A stretch of DNA of 51,051 bases, from the NCBI GenBank assembly GCA_964493525.1, contig CAZBOK010000001.1, forward strand, positions 1 to 51,051, given 5' to 3'. Made by a program: the position numbers and the translations under genes. The notes below the pieces were generated by a model. That model ran no database searches and was not told the origin of the DNA. It saw only the letters and a program-made list of their open reading frames with translations. The DNA comes from an uncultured Phycisphaeraceae bacterium. GTDB lineage: Bacteria; Planctomycetota; B15-G4; JADJEK01. This document shows, in pieces, positions 8,467 to 17,013 of the stretch; positions within the stretch are counted from its first letter, which is position 1, and every line of letters begins with the position of its first letter.

Positions 8467-8891
8467 CGCGATCGTCGCTCGCCGCGTGCGGGATCGCGTG
8501 GGGCGCGGTGTGGGCGTTCTGGTTCGTCCTCACGCGCGACGCGCATCCGACCCGGCAGCTCGCGGTCGTCGTCACGACCGCGCTGGTCGTCGCGTACGCG
8601 ATCGCCGCGTTCGTCCATCACCGGTTCCTCGTGCCGCGCTTCTGGGCGCGCGGGCGGCGACTGCAGTGGGCGGGCTGGCTCGCGGCGACGATGGTGGCGC
8701 TGACCGCCGCCGCGCTCGCGGTGATCCGCACTGCATACACGGCGTCGTGCGGACCGGATGCCGATCCGAACGGCCTGTACAAGCACTTCGCGATCGATCT
8801 GTTCGGCATGGCGGTGCACGTCGCCGCCGCCGCGGCGGTCGTCGGACTGTGGAATCGCCGCGCAGCGCGCGCGGCCGAGGGGAGCGGATGA
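8463..8891 (+). CDS. Small integral membrane protein (about 4 TM helices)
   Basis: GTG 8463 overlaps the DinB stop (GTGA). Four hydrophobic segments, e.g. 'GIAWGAVWAFWFVL' and 'LAVVVTTALVVAYAIAAFV'. This is the only real part of the 865-aa ORF 6294..8891. Confidence 0.6.
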   Translation: MTRSSLAACGIAWGAVWAFWFVLTRDAHPTRQLAVVVTTALVVAYAIAAFVHHRFLVPRFWARGRRLQWAGWLAATMVALTAAALAVIRTAYTASCGPDADPNGLYKHFAIDLFGMAVHVAAAAAVVGLWNRRAARAAEGSG

Positions 8892-9211
8892 AACCGGCCG
8901 CAGATCTCTCCTTCGAGGAAGCCGTGCGCGGCCTGATGAACGGCGACTTCTCGCGCCTCGAGCCGCTGTTCGTCGCGGCGCCGGACGGCGCGCGCTCTCG
9001 CATCCTCGACTGGCACGACCGCGGCCTCTTTGCGCGCGAGCCGGCGGCGCTCGCGGAAGCGTTCACCTGCGCGTGCTTCAACGGATGCACCGCGGTCGTC
9101 GATCACCTGCTCGCGCGCGGCGTCGCGGCCGGCGCCGACGTGCGCGAGTCCGGTTACCCCACGGGCGATGCGCGCATCGACGCGCTGCTGGCGCGCGGCG
9201 CCGCCGGCTGA
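8888..9211 (+). CDS. Hypothetical protein, possibly ankyrin-repeat-like
   Basis: ATG 8888 overlaps the preceding stop (ATGA). 'AFTCACFNGCTAVVDHLLARGVAAGA' resembles an ankyrin repeat core. Weak call. Confidence 0.45.
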   Translation: MKPAADLSFEEAVRGLMNGDFSRLEPLFVAAPDGARSRILDWHDRGLFAREPAALAEAFTCACFNGCTAVVDHLLARGVAAGADVRESGYPTGDARIDALLARGAAG

Positions 9212-9259
9212 GCCCGTAGAATCCGCGCCCATCGTCGGGGAATCGAGGGGAGTCGAGCA

Positions 9260-9865
9260 ATGACCGTCCACGCGATCCGGTTCGCCGTTGCGAGCGCGCT
9301 CGTGCTCACGATCTCAGCGTGCTCCGCTTCGGCGCCGACACAACGCGTGGTCGGCGTCGGCTCGATCGAGGTCGCGTCGTCCGATCCGCTGCCGAGTGGT
9401 CCGTGTCGAGTGTTCGACGAACTGCATCGGCTCATGCTCGAAGGGACGCTCGCTGCCGGGAAGATGGACGGCACGTGGGTCGCCACCGGTTCCGACGGGA
9501 CGAAGGTGATGGAGTGGAACTACCGGCAGGGCGTCCGACACGGTCCGGTGAAGATGTGGTACAGCGGGATGCGCGATCGGAGCGAAGCGGGAAAGCCGAA
9601 GCTCGAAGGAGTGATGGAAGACGGCGGCTGGGTCGGGACGGTGCAGCGCACCTATCCGAGCGGCGCTCGGCAGAGCGAGCGCGTGTATGAGCACGGAGTG
9701 TTGAAGAGCAATCGATATTGGGCGCCGAACGGGATCGAGGCGCCGCCGCACATCGCGGTCGAGGAAGGGAACTTCGAGCACGAGGCCGACCGGGAGTACT
9801 TCGAGTTCGAGGAGACGACCGTGGCGCACGCGCTGGCCGAAGCGCCGCGCGAGATTCGACGCTGA
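9260..9865 (+). CDS. Lipoprotein with MORN/YwqK-like repeats
   Basis: Lipobox 'LTISAC'. Repeats of the type 'DGTWVATGSDGTKVMEWNYRQGVRHGPVKMWY'. Confidence 0.6.
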   Translation: MTVHAIRFAVASALVLTISACSASAPTQRVVGVGSIEVASSDPLPSGPCRVFDELHRLMLEGTLAAGKMDGTWVATGSDGTKVMEWNYRQGVRHGPVKMWYSGMRDRSEAGKPKLEGVMEDGGWVGTVQRTYPSGARQSERVYEHGVLKSNRYWAPNGIEAPPHIAVEEGNFEHEADREYFEFEETTVAHALAEAPREIRR

Positions 9866-9991
9866 CGGCGCGGGCCGCCGCGCGAACCGGTACAAAGTGA
9901 CTCCACGACCGGCGCACGCGTCCTGCCCACGCACGCGCCGGGATCATCGAGCACTCCCGGCGTCCGCCGGGACCAGCCACGGAGCTTCACA

Positions 9992-10369
9992 ATGACGAGG
10001 ATTCGAGTCGCGATGGCGGCGCTGACGGTGTTGTCGGCGATCGCATTGAACGGTTGCGTGTCGATCACGGTCGGCACCGACGGCGAACCGCCGGAGTTCA
10101 CGATGAAGGATTGGGGCAACGCGTTCGCGACCGCGGGCAGCGTGCCGAAGTTCGACGGTCACATCCTCGCCGCTCATCTGTTCCGCGGCGGCAAGTACAC
10201 CGGCGAGATCGCCGCGATCGACATCTGGCCGATCGTCGGTCTGAACGTCGGCGTGCTCGGTCTGAAGGCGCGCCTCTTCAACCTCGAAGCCGGCGCCGCG
10301 ACGCTCTTCTATCACCCGGGTCCGGAGACGGAGTGGGGCGCCGACGCGGAAGCGACCGCCGGCAAGTGA
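9992..10369 (+). CDS. Small lipoprotein, unknown function
   Basis: Signal plus lipobox 'LSAIALNGC'. Good third-position GC. Confidence 0.6.
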   Translation: MTRIRVAMAALTVLSAIALNGCVSITVGTDGEPPEFTMKDWGNAFATAGSVPKFDGHILAAHLFRGGKYTGEIAAIDIWPIVGLNVGVLGLKARLFNLEAGAATLFYHPGPETEWGADAEATAGK

Positions 10370-10433
10370 CGCACGTTGGAATCCGCGCGCCGCGAGCGGG
10401 CCGTGACGGCTCGCTCGCGGCGCTCGTCCGAGG

Positions 10434-10823
10434 ATGCGAGCGATGAACGGATCGAAGAGCCCGGCCGACCCCGACGCGAACTGGCCCGCGGAGCTGGACG
10501 CGATGATCGCCGCGCCCGCGCACCACGTCGTGCTGTTCGAGAACGAGCACGTGCGGGTGCTCGACACGCACGTCGGCCCCGGCGAGACGACGCCGGTGCA
10601 CACGCATCGATGGCCGGGCGTCCTCTACTTCCTCGGGTCGAGTCACTTCGTCCGGCACGACGGCGACGGACGCGTGCTGGTCGACTCGCGCGTCGACGGA
10701 TCGATGCCGACACCGGGCGCGGCGGTCTGGATCGACGCGCTCGCTCCGCACTTCGTCGAGAACGTCGGCTCGAGCGAGCTGCGCGCGATCGCCGTCGAGT
10801 GGAAACGGGGCGCGCCGGGATGA
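10434..10823 (+). CDS. Cupin-like small protein
   Basis: 'VRVLDTHVGPGETTPVHTHRWPGVLYF...APHFVENVG' has a cupin-type His pattern. The start could instead be ATG 10443. Confidence 0.5.
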   Translation: MRAMNGSKSPADPDANWPAELDAMIAAPAHHVVLFENEHVRVLDTHVGPGETTPVHTHRWPGVLYFLGSSHFVRHDGDGRVLVDSRVDGSMPTPGAAVWIDALAPHFVENVGSSELRAIAVEWKRGAPG

Positions 10824-11467
10824 CGCGCGCGGCGGCGGCCGATCCTGCGGCTCGCGAGCGCGCGATCCTGCTCCTCGTCGGCCTCGCCGCCGTCGTCGCC
10901 TCCGGCATCGCGCCGTTCGATCGGGTCACCTGGATGCTCGAGGTGGCGCCGGTCGTGGTCGCCGTTCCGGTGCTCGTGCTCACCGCGCGTCGGTTCCCGC
11001 TGACGACGCTGACCTGTCGGCTCATCCTTCTGCACGCGATCGTCCTCGCGGTCGGCGGGCATTACACGTACGCGCTCGTGCCGCTCGGCGAATGGATGCG
11101 CGACGCGTTCGGGTTCGCGCGCAACCACTTCGACCGGATCGGCCACTTCCTGCAGGGCTTCGTCCCCGCGATCATCGCGCGCGAGGTGATGCTCCGCCGA
11201 GGCGTCGTGCGGGGCCGCGGGTGGTTGTTCTTCCTGGTCACGTGCACGTGCCTGGCGATCAGCGCCGCGTACGAGATCTTCGAGTGGCTCGCGGCCGTCA
11301 TCGGCGGAAGCGCCGCCGACGCGTTCCTCGGGACGCAGGGCGACCCGTGGGACACGCAGTGGGACATGGCCCTCGCGGGCTGCGGTGCGACGATCGCCCA
11401 GCTCGTGCTCGCCCGTCCGCTCGACGCCGCGATCCGAGGACTTCCTCCGCAGGGAGCGCTCGCATGA
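10820..11467 (+). CDS. DUF2238/YjdF-like inner membrane protein
   Basis: ATGA overlap with the upstream gene. Multi-TM protein with 'NHFDRIGHFLQGFVPAIIAREV'. Confidence 0.6.
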   Translation: MTRAAAADPAARERAILLLVGLAAVVASGIAPFDRVTWMLEVAPVVVAVPVLVLTARRFPLTTLTCRLILLHAIVLAVGGHYTYALVPLGEWMRDAFGFARNHFDRIGHFLQGFVPAIIAREVMLRRGVVRGRGWLFFLVTCTCLAISAAYEIFEWLAAVIGGSAADAFLGTQGDPWDTQWDMALAGCGATIAQLVLARPLDAAIRGLPPQGALA

Positions 11468-12951
11468 TGGTGCTCGGTCCGATTGCGCTCTGGTCCTCCG
11501 TCGCGTGGGGCGCGGCGCGCGCCGACGCGCCGATTCCCGCCGCCGACCTGCGCGCGGACGTCCTGATCCTGCGCCGCGCCTACGAGACGATGCATCCCGG
11601 CCTCTACCGTTACAACACGCCGGAGCAGATGGACGCGGCGTTCCGCGCGCTCGACGCCGAGTTCGCGACCGATCGCACGCTCGCCGACGCCTACCTCGCG
11701 TTCTCCGTGTTCGCCGCGAAGGTGAAGTGCGGGCACACCTATGCGAACTTCTTCAACCAGTCGGACGCCGTGGTCGCGGCGCTGTTCGACGCTCCGCGCG
11801 TCCCGTTCCTGTTCCGCTGGCTCGGCGACCGCATGGTCGTCACGCGTTCGTTCGCCGCCGATCCGCGCCTGCGCGCCGGCGCCGAAGTGCTCGCGCTGAA
11901 CGACGTGCCGGTGGCGAAGATCCTCGCGAAGCTGATGACGATCGCGCGTGCGGACGGGAGCAACGACGCGAAGCGCGTCGCGTCGCTGCAGGTCGAGGGC
12001 TTCGATCGCTTCGAGGCGTTCGACATCTTCTGGCCGCTGTTCTTCCCGTCGCCGGACGCGGACGTGACGCTGCGCGTGCGCGCGCCGGACGACGCGCGCG
12101 AGCAGACGGTGCGCGTAGCGCGCATGAGCGCGGCGGAGCGCATTGCACTCTCGAAGGGCGCGAGCGCGGATCCGGCGCCCGACGCGCCGCTGTGGGAGTT
12201 CCGCCCGGACGACGGCGGCATCGCGGTGCTGCGGATGCCGAGCTGGGCGTTGTACAACTCCAAGTGGAACTGGCGGGCGTTCCTCGACGACACGTTCGAG
12301 GCGCTCGCCGGCGGCGGGGCGACCGACCTCGTCATCGACCTGCGCGGCAACGAAGGCGGCAACGACATCGGCGACGTCATCGTCAGCCACCTGGTGAAGT
12401 CGCCCGTGCCGCGTCCGACGATCGCGCGCCGCGTCCGCTACCGGAAGGTGCAGGACGATCTCGCGCCGTACCTCGACACGTGGGATCCGTCGTTCAAGGA
12501 TTGGGGCGACGCCGCGATCGACATGGAAGGCGGGTTCTTCCGGTTGCGGCGCGACGCCGACGACGACCCGGGCGCGCCGATCGATCCCGAGGAGCCGACG
12601 TTCACGGGACGCACGTGGGTGTTGATCGGCGCGACGAACAGCTCGGCCACGTTCGAGTTCGCGCAGATGGTCCGCCGCAACCGACTCGGCACGCTGGTCG
12701 GCCAGCCGACCGGCGGCAACCAGCGCGGCATCAACGGCGGATGCTTCTTCTTCCTGCGGCTCCCGCACTCGGGCATCGAGCTCGACCTCCCGTTGATCGG
12801 GCAATTCCCCGACGGCGACCCGCCGGACGCCGGACTCGAACCGGACGTGCTCGTCGTGCCGACGATCGCCGACATCGCCGCGGGCCGAGACGCGGAGCTG
12901 GAAGCGGTCCGCGAACGCGTGCGCGCCGCCGCGTCGCCGCCGGACAAGTGA
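11464..12951 (+). CDS. Secreted S41-family (tail-specific protease-like) peptidase
   Basis: ATGA overlap. 'LVIDLRGNEGGND' and 'VLIGATNSSATFEFAQMV' resemble the S41 Ser region. Confidence 0.65.
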   Translation: MMVLGPIALWSSVAWGAARADAPIPAADLRADVLILRRAYETMHPGLYRYNTPEQMDAAFRALDAEFATDRTLADAYLAFSVFAAKVKCGHTYANFFNQSDAVVAALFDAPRVPFLFRWLGDRMVVTRSFAADPRLRAGAEVLALNDVPVAKILAKLMTIARADGSNDAKRVASLQVEGFDRFEAFDIFWPLFFPSPDADVTLRVRAPDDAREQTVRVARMSAAERIALSKGASADPAPDAPLWEFRPDDGGIAVLRMPSWALYNSKWNWRAFLDDTFEALAGGGATDLVIDLRGNEGGNDIGDVIVSHLVKSPVPRPTIARRVRYRKVQDDLAPYLDTWDPSFKDWGDAAIDMEGGFFRLRRDADDDPGAPIDPEEPTFTGRTWVLIGATNSSATFEFAQMVRRNRLGTLVGQPTGGNQRGINGGCFFFLRLPHSGIELDLPLIGQFPDGDPPDAGLEPDVLVVPTIADIAAGRDAELEAVRERVRAAASPPDK

Positions 12952-13030
12952 GCGCGCGGCGGATCGATTTCGACGCGCCGCGCGCGCGTCCCTCACCGAT
13001 GTCGAGAGCCGAGTCCCGCACGAGGTGACC

Positions 13031-13462
13031 ATGACGCGTCGCGCCAGGACCACGAGACCTTCCGCGAAGAAGCCGAGACCGGGCGCGAAGCGCGCGGCGC
13101 CGCGAGCGGACGATGCCGCCGCCGTGCGCGCCTACATCGCGGCGCTGCCGCGGGAACAGCGCGCGCTCGCACAACGCTTCGACGATCTCGTTGCGCGTGC
13201 CGTGCCCGGCGTGCTCCGCGTCATCAAATGGAGCCTGCCGTTCTACGGCGTGCCGGGGCGCGGCTGGTTCGTGTCGTGCGGCGGCTTCGCGAAGTTCGTG
13301 AAGATCACGTTCTTCCAGGGCGTCGCGTTGAAGCCGGTGCCGCCGTCCGGCTCGAGCAAGCAGGTGCGCTCGATCGACCTGCGCACGAGCGACGAATTCG
13401 ACGCGGCGCCGATCGCGTCGTGGGTGCGGCAGGCCGCGAAGCTGCCCGGCTTCGGCTCGTGA
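13031..13462 (+). CDS. DUF1801 (YdhG-like) domain protein
   Basis: 'IKWSLPFYGVPGRGWFVSCGGFAKFVKITFFQG'. RBS GAGG lies 4 nt before ATG 13031 (GTG 13025 is an alternative). Confidence 0.7.
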   Translation: MTRRARTTRPSAKKPRPGAKRAAPRADDAAAVRAYIAALPREQRALAQRFDDLVARAVPGVLRVIKWSLPFYGVPGRGWFVSCGGFAKFVKITFFQGVALKPVPPSGSSKQVRSIDLRTSDEFDAAPIASWVRQAAKLPGFGS

Positions 13463-14265
13463 CGCATCGATCGGTCGCGCTCGCGCTGTCGATCGCGTTG
13501 CCCGCGTGCGGCGCGCCGCCGGCGCCGTCCGCGCCGGCCGATCCGATCCCGGCGCACGAGTCGTTCACGATCGAGTCGCGCGTGCTCGGCGAGTCGCGGC
13601 TCATCAATGTCCACGTCCCGCGCGGCCGCTCCGGCGCGCCGCTTCCCGTCCTCTTCATGCCGGACGGCGGACTCGACGAGGACTTCCCGCACGTCGTCGC
13701 CGCCGTCGAGTCGCTGATCGAGCGCGGCGCGATCCGGCCGGTGATCGTCGTCGGCATCCCGAACACGCAACGGCGTCGCGACCTGACCGGCGCGACGCAC
13801 GTCGCCGCGGAGCTGGCGGCCGCGCCGGTCGTCGGCGGATCGGCGGCGTTCCGCCGCTTCGTGCGCGACGAGCTCGTGCCCGAGATCGGGCGGCGCTACC
13901 GGACGACGAGCGAGCGGTCGATCGTCGGCGAGTCGCTCGCGGGCCTCTTCGTCGTCGAGACGTTCCTCGAGGATCCGTCGCTGTTCACGCACTGCGTCGC
14001 GTTCGACCCGAGCCTGTGGTGGAACAAAGGCGCGCTCGTCGCCGCGGCGCCGGCGCGCTTGAAGTCGATCGACGCCGCGCCGCGGACGCTCTACCTCGCG
14101 AGCTCACGGGACGACATCGACGACGACACCACGCGCTTCGCCGCGTGCGTGCGCGATGCCGCGCTCCCCGGGCTGCGCTTCCGCCACGACCCGCGGCCCG
14201 ACCTCACGCACGCGACGATCTTCCGCGCGCTCGAGCTCACCGGCCTCGAGGACGCGCTGCGCTGA
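13459..14265 (+). CDS. Lipoprotein esterase (alpha/beta hydrolase, putative-esterase family)
   Basis: GTGA overlap. Lipobox 'LSIALPAC'. Nucleophile elbow 'GESLAG'. 'LPVLFMPDGG'. Confidence 0.75.
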   Translation: MTHRSVALALSIALPACGAPPAPSAPADPIPAHESFTIESRVLGESRLINVHVPRGRSGAPLPVLFMPDGGLDEDFPHVVAAVESLIERGAIRPVIVVGIPNTQRRRDLTGATHVAAELAAAPVVGGSAAFRRFVRDELVPEIGRRYRTTSERSIVGESLAGLFVVETFLEDPSLFTHCVAFDPSLWWNKGALVAAAPARLKSIDAAPRTLYLASSRDDIDDDTTRFAACVRDAALPGLRFRHDPRPDLTHATIFRALELTGLEDALR

Positions 14266-14286
14266 GACGCGCCGCTCGCGCGCCGC

Positions 14287-15957
14287 TCACTGCGCGTCGC
14301 CGCGCAGCGCGTTGCTGAACGCGACGCCGCACGCCGCGGCGGGATCGGACAGCGCGTACTGGAAGTACACCGACAACCCGGAGAGTCCCGCGGGCCACGC
14401 GGCCCACGGCAGCGCGATCGTGCCCAGCGGATCGGTCGAGTACGCGAGCACGGCGGCGTACGGCATCGGCACGAGGGTCCCGCACTGCACCGTCACCGGC
14501 GTGCTGGTCAGCGACAGGAAGAGGATCGCGGGGGACGACGGACGCGCGCTGCTCAGCACCACGCTGCCCGGCGAACCGGCGACCAGCGTCCCGGCGCCGA
14601 GGAGGTTCGGCACGCCGGACACACCCGCGAGCCCCGAACCGAGGTTCGTCCACTGCGTCACGAACGGGCCGCGCACGAACATGTCGAAGCCGAAGTTCGT
14701 GTCGCCGGGGACGAGGTTGTCGGCGAGCGACGTGAACACGACGAAGCGACCGTCGGAGGACATCACCGGCTGCAGGCTCGTGTTGTTCGCCTGCGCGTTC
14801 GTCGTCGAGAGCGACACCCACGACGTCTGGCCGAGCGCGCGATCGCGGCGGAAGATCGCGGTCCAGCCGATCGTGCCGGGAACGAGGTTCGTCGCGGACG
14901 ACGAGAACGTCACGAAGCGGCCGTCCGCGGACAGACCCGGCGGCTGGCCCGTGCCGCCGCTCGGGCTGTTCGCCTGGGCTCCCGCCGACGAGACGCTGAC
15001 GCGCTCGGTCGTGCTCGTGTCGAGGTCGCGCACGAAGACGTCGGTGAACGTGTTCGTGTCGCCGGGGACGAGATTGGTCGCGTCGCTCTGGAACGCGATG
15101 ACGCGGCCGTTCGCGGAGATCATCGGCAGGAAGCACCAGCCGTTCGAGTCGATGCCGGCTGACGAGCGGCTCACGAGCGTCGTCGTGCCGAGGACGCGAT
15201 CGCGCACCCACACCTGGTATCCCGCCTGCGGCGGACCGGCGATCAGGTTGTTCGCGTCGCTGGTGAACGCGAGATAGCGGCCGTCGGCGGACAAGCACGG
15301 GTCGAGGTGAACGCCGTTCGCGAGCGTTCCGTCGAACGCGACGCTGATGAGCGTCGTGACGCCGGTCGCGCGCTCGTTGACGAAGATGTGCGGAACCGAG
15401 GTGTTCGCGAGCGGCACCAGCGTCGTCGCCTGGCTGATGAACGTGATGAAGCGCCCGTCCGCGGAGATGAAGGGCGTGTCGCTCGCGAAGTTCGCCTGCG
15501 TTCCCGTCGTCGACACGCTGCGCCGCGTGGTCTGCCCGGTCACGCGATCGTGGAGGAAGATGTCCGACGTGTTGTTCGTGTCGCCGGCGACGAGGTTCGA
15601 CGCATAGCTCATGAACGCGACGAAGCGGCCGTCGGCGGAGATCGACGGGTTGAAGCTGTAGTCGTTCGCCTGCGCGCCGGCGGACGAGACGCTCACGCGC
15701 GTCGTCGTGTTCGTCAGTCGATCGCGCACGAAGATGTCGCGGAAACCGTTCGTGTCGCCGGCCACCAGGTTCGTCGCGTCGCTCTGGAACGCGACGAAGC
15801 GCCCGTCGGGAGTGATCGACGACGAATGGATGCTGCTGGCGTCGCCCTGCACGCCGGCGGACGACACGCTGATCCGCTCGGTCGTCTGCGCGCGCGCGAC
15901 GCCGGCGGCGGCAGTGACGGAGCAGAGGACGATGAAGAGGAATCGGGGGAACGACAT
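14287..15957 (-). CDS. Secreted 7-blade TolB/PD40-like beta-propeller protein with shared C-terminal module
   Basis: Signal 'MSFPRFLFIVLCSVTAAAGVARAQ'. Seven repeats of 'RVSVSSAGAQAN..S..PSISADGRFVAF.S.A.NLV.GDTN...DIFVRD'. ATG at 15957. Confidence 0.8.
   Translation of the reverse strand: MSFPRFLFIVLCSVTAAAGVARAQTTERISVSSAGVQGDASSIHSSSITPDGRFVAFQSDATNLVAGDTNGFRDIFVRDRLTNTTTRVSVSSAGAQANDYSFNPSISADGRFVAFMSYASNLVAGDTNNTSDIFLHDRVTGQTTRRSVSTTGTQANFASDTPFISADGRFITFISQATTLVPLANTSVPHIFVNERATGVTTLISVAFDGTLANGVHLDPCLSADGRYLAFTSDANNLIAGPPQAGYQVWVRDRVLGTTTLVSRSSAGIDSNGWCFLPMISANGRVIAFQSDATNLVPGDTNTFTDVFVRDLDTSTTERVSVSSAGAQANSPSGGTGQPPGLSADGRFVTFSSSATNLVPGTIGWTAIFRRDRALGQTSWVSLSTTNAQANNTSLQPVMSSDGRFVVFTSLADNLVPGDTNFGFDMFVRGPFVTQWTNLGSGLAGVSGVPNLLGAGTLVAGSPGSVVLSSARPSSPAILFLSLTSTPVTVQCGTLVPMPYAAVLAYSTDPLGTIALPWAAWPAGLSGLSVYFQYALSDPAAACGVAFSNALRGDAQ
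14665..15880 (-). repeat. Seven tandem ~58-aa coding repeats (propeller blades)
   Basis: Counted by eye in the translation of 14287..15957. Confidence 0.7.
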
Positions 15958-16106
15958 TGGCGAATCTCCTGGGTCGCGCGAATGGCCGACTTCGACAACC
16001 ACGAAGAAAGGCCAGTGGCGCCCCCGTGGGATTCCCCCGCGAATCAAGAAGCGCGGCCGTTCTGCCGAACGAGGCCGTGAGAGCGCACGAACGCCGGAGC
16101 AAGACG

Positions 16107-16571
16107 ATGCCGAAGCCGAGCCCTCCGAGGCTCCTCTCCTCCGACGTGTGGATGCTCGCGGCGATCCACCTCGCGACGAACGCCGGCAGCAAGCCGGTCC
16201 CGCTGACGCACATCCTGAAGGCCGCGGACCTCCTCAACCACGCGACGCCGGATTACGAAGAGCTGCGCGGCGGCCTCGCGCGCCTCGATCGCGCGGGCTG
16301 GATCGTTCGCAGTCCCGGCGAGCTGACGTTCCGCTGTTCCGCCGCGGCGCTCGCGCGGTTCCGCGCGATCGATCCGCCGCGCCGCACGCTGTACGACCAG
16401 TGGAAGGCGCTCGAGGTCGCGCTCGACGCGGTGCCGTGGGCGCCGAATCAAACGGCCCCGGCCGTTGAACCGGACGACGGCTACGCGGCGCTCACCCGCG
16501 AGGTCCACACCGCCGCGCTCGACGAATACTGCAAACACGCGAGCCGCGGGCGGCGACGTTCACGCGGATAA
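16107..16571 (+). CDS. Hypothetical protein
   Basis: ATG 16107 preceded by GGAG. No motif recognised. Confidence 0.5.
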   Translation: MPKPSPPRLLSSDVWMLAAIHLATNAGSKPVPLTHILKAADLLNHATPDYEELRGGLARLDRAGWIVRSPGELTFRCSAAALARFRAIDPPRRTLYDQWKALEVALDAVPWAPNQTAPAVEPDDGYAALTREVHTAALDEYCKHASRGRRRSRG

Positions 16572-16601
16572 CCTCCGATCGCCGACGCGCCCGGATTTCC
16601 C

Positions 16602-16628
16602 TGTCGATCGAACGGATCCGCGTTCGAC
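16602..16628 (+). promoter_or_regulatory. Candidate ECF42-type promoter (TGTCGA-N17-CGAC)
   Basis: tgtcga (16602-16607) and cgac (16625-16628) lie 32 nt upstream of the yciI-like ATG. The match relies on my recollection of the ECF42 -35 consensus. Confidence 0.35.
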
Positions 16629-16659
16629 TTCACGCCGTCCGATCCCACGGAGCCGTCCC

Positions 16660-17013
16660 ATGAAGCAGTACCTGTTGAGCATCGAACAGCCCGATGGTCC
16701 GCCGCCGCCGCCCGCGGTGCTCGGGCCGGTGATGCAGGAGCTCGGCGCGCTGATCCAGCAGTTGAAGTCGTCCGGCGCGTGGGTGTTCAACGGCGGACTC
16801 GCGCCGCCGAGCAGCGCGACCGTCGTGCGTTGGAAGGACGGCGACACGCTGATGACCGACGGCCCGTACGCCGAGGGGAAGGAGCACATCGGCGGGTTCG
16901 TGATCGTGAAGGCCGCGGACCTCGATGCCGCGCTCGCGTGGGCCGCGAAGTTCGCGCGCGTCATCGGGCTGCCGATCGAAGTGCGCCCGTTCCAGACGCC
17001 GCCCGCCGCATGA
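16660..17013 (+). CDS. YciI-like / DGPF-domain protein
   Basis: 'MKQYLL...TDGPYAEGKEHIGGFVIVKAADLDAALAWA'. Confidence 0.8.
   Translation: MKQYLLSIEQPDGPPPPPAVLGPVMQELGALIQQLKSSGAWVFNGGLAPPSSATVVRWKDGDTLMTDGPYAEGKEHIGGFVIVKAADLDAALAWAAKFARVIGLPIEVRPFQTPPAA

Noticed and set aside
6294-8891. 865-aa + strand ORF spanning the NUDIX, ADH and DinB regions.
   Set aside because: Only its last 142 codons (8463-8891, a membrane protein with a GTGA-coupled start) look real. The rest is Arg-rich and overlaps well-supported genes on both strands.
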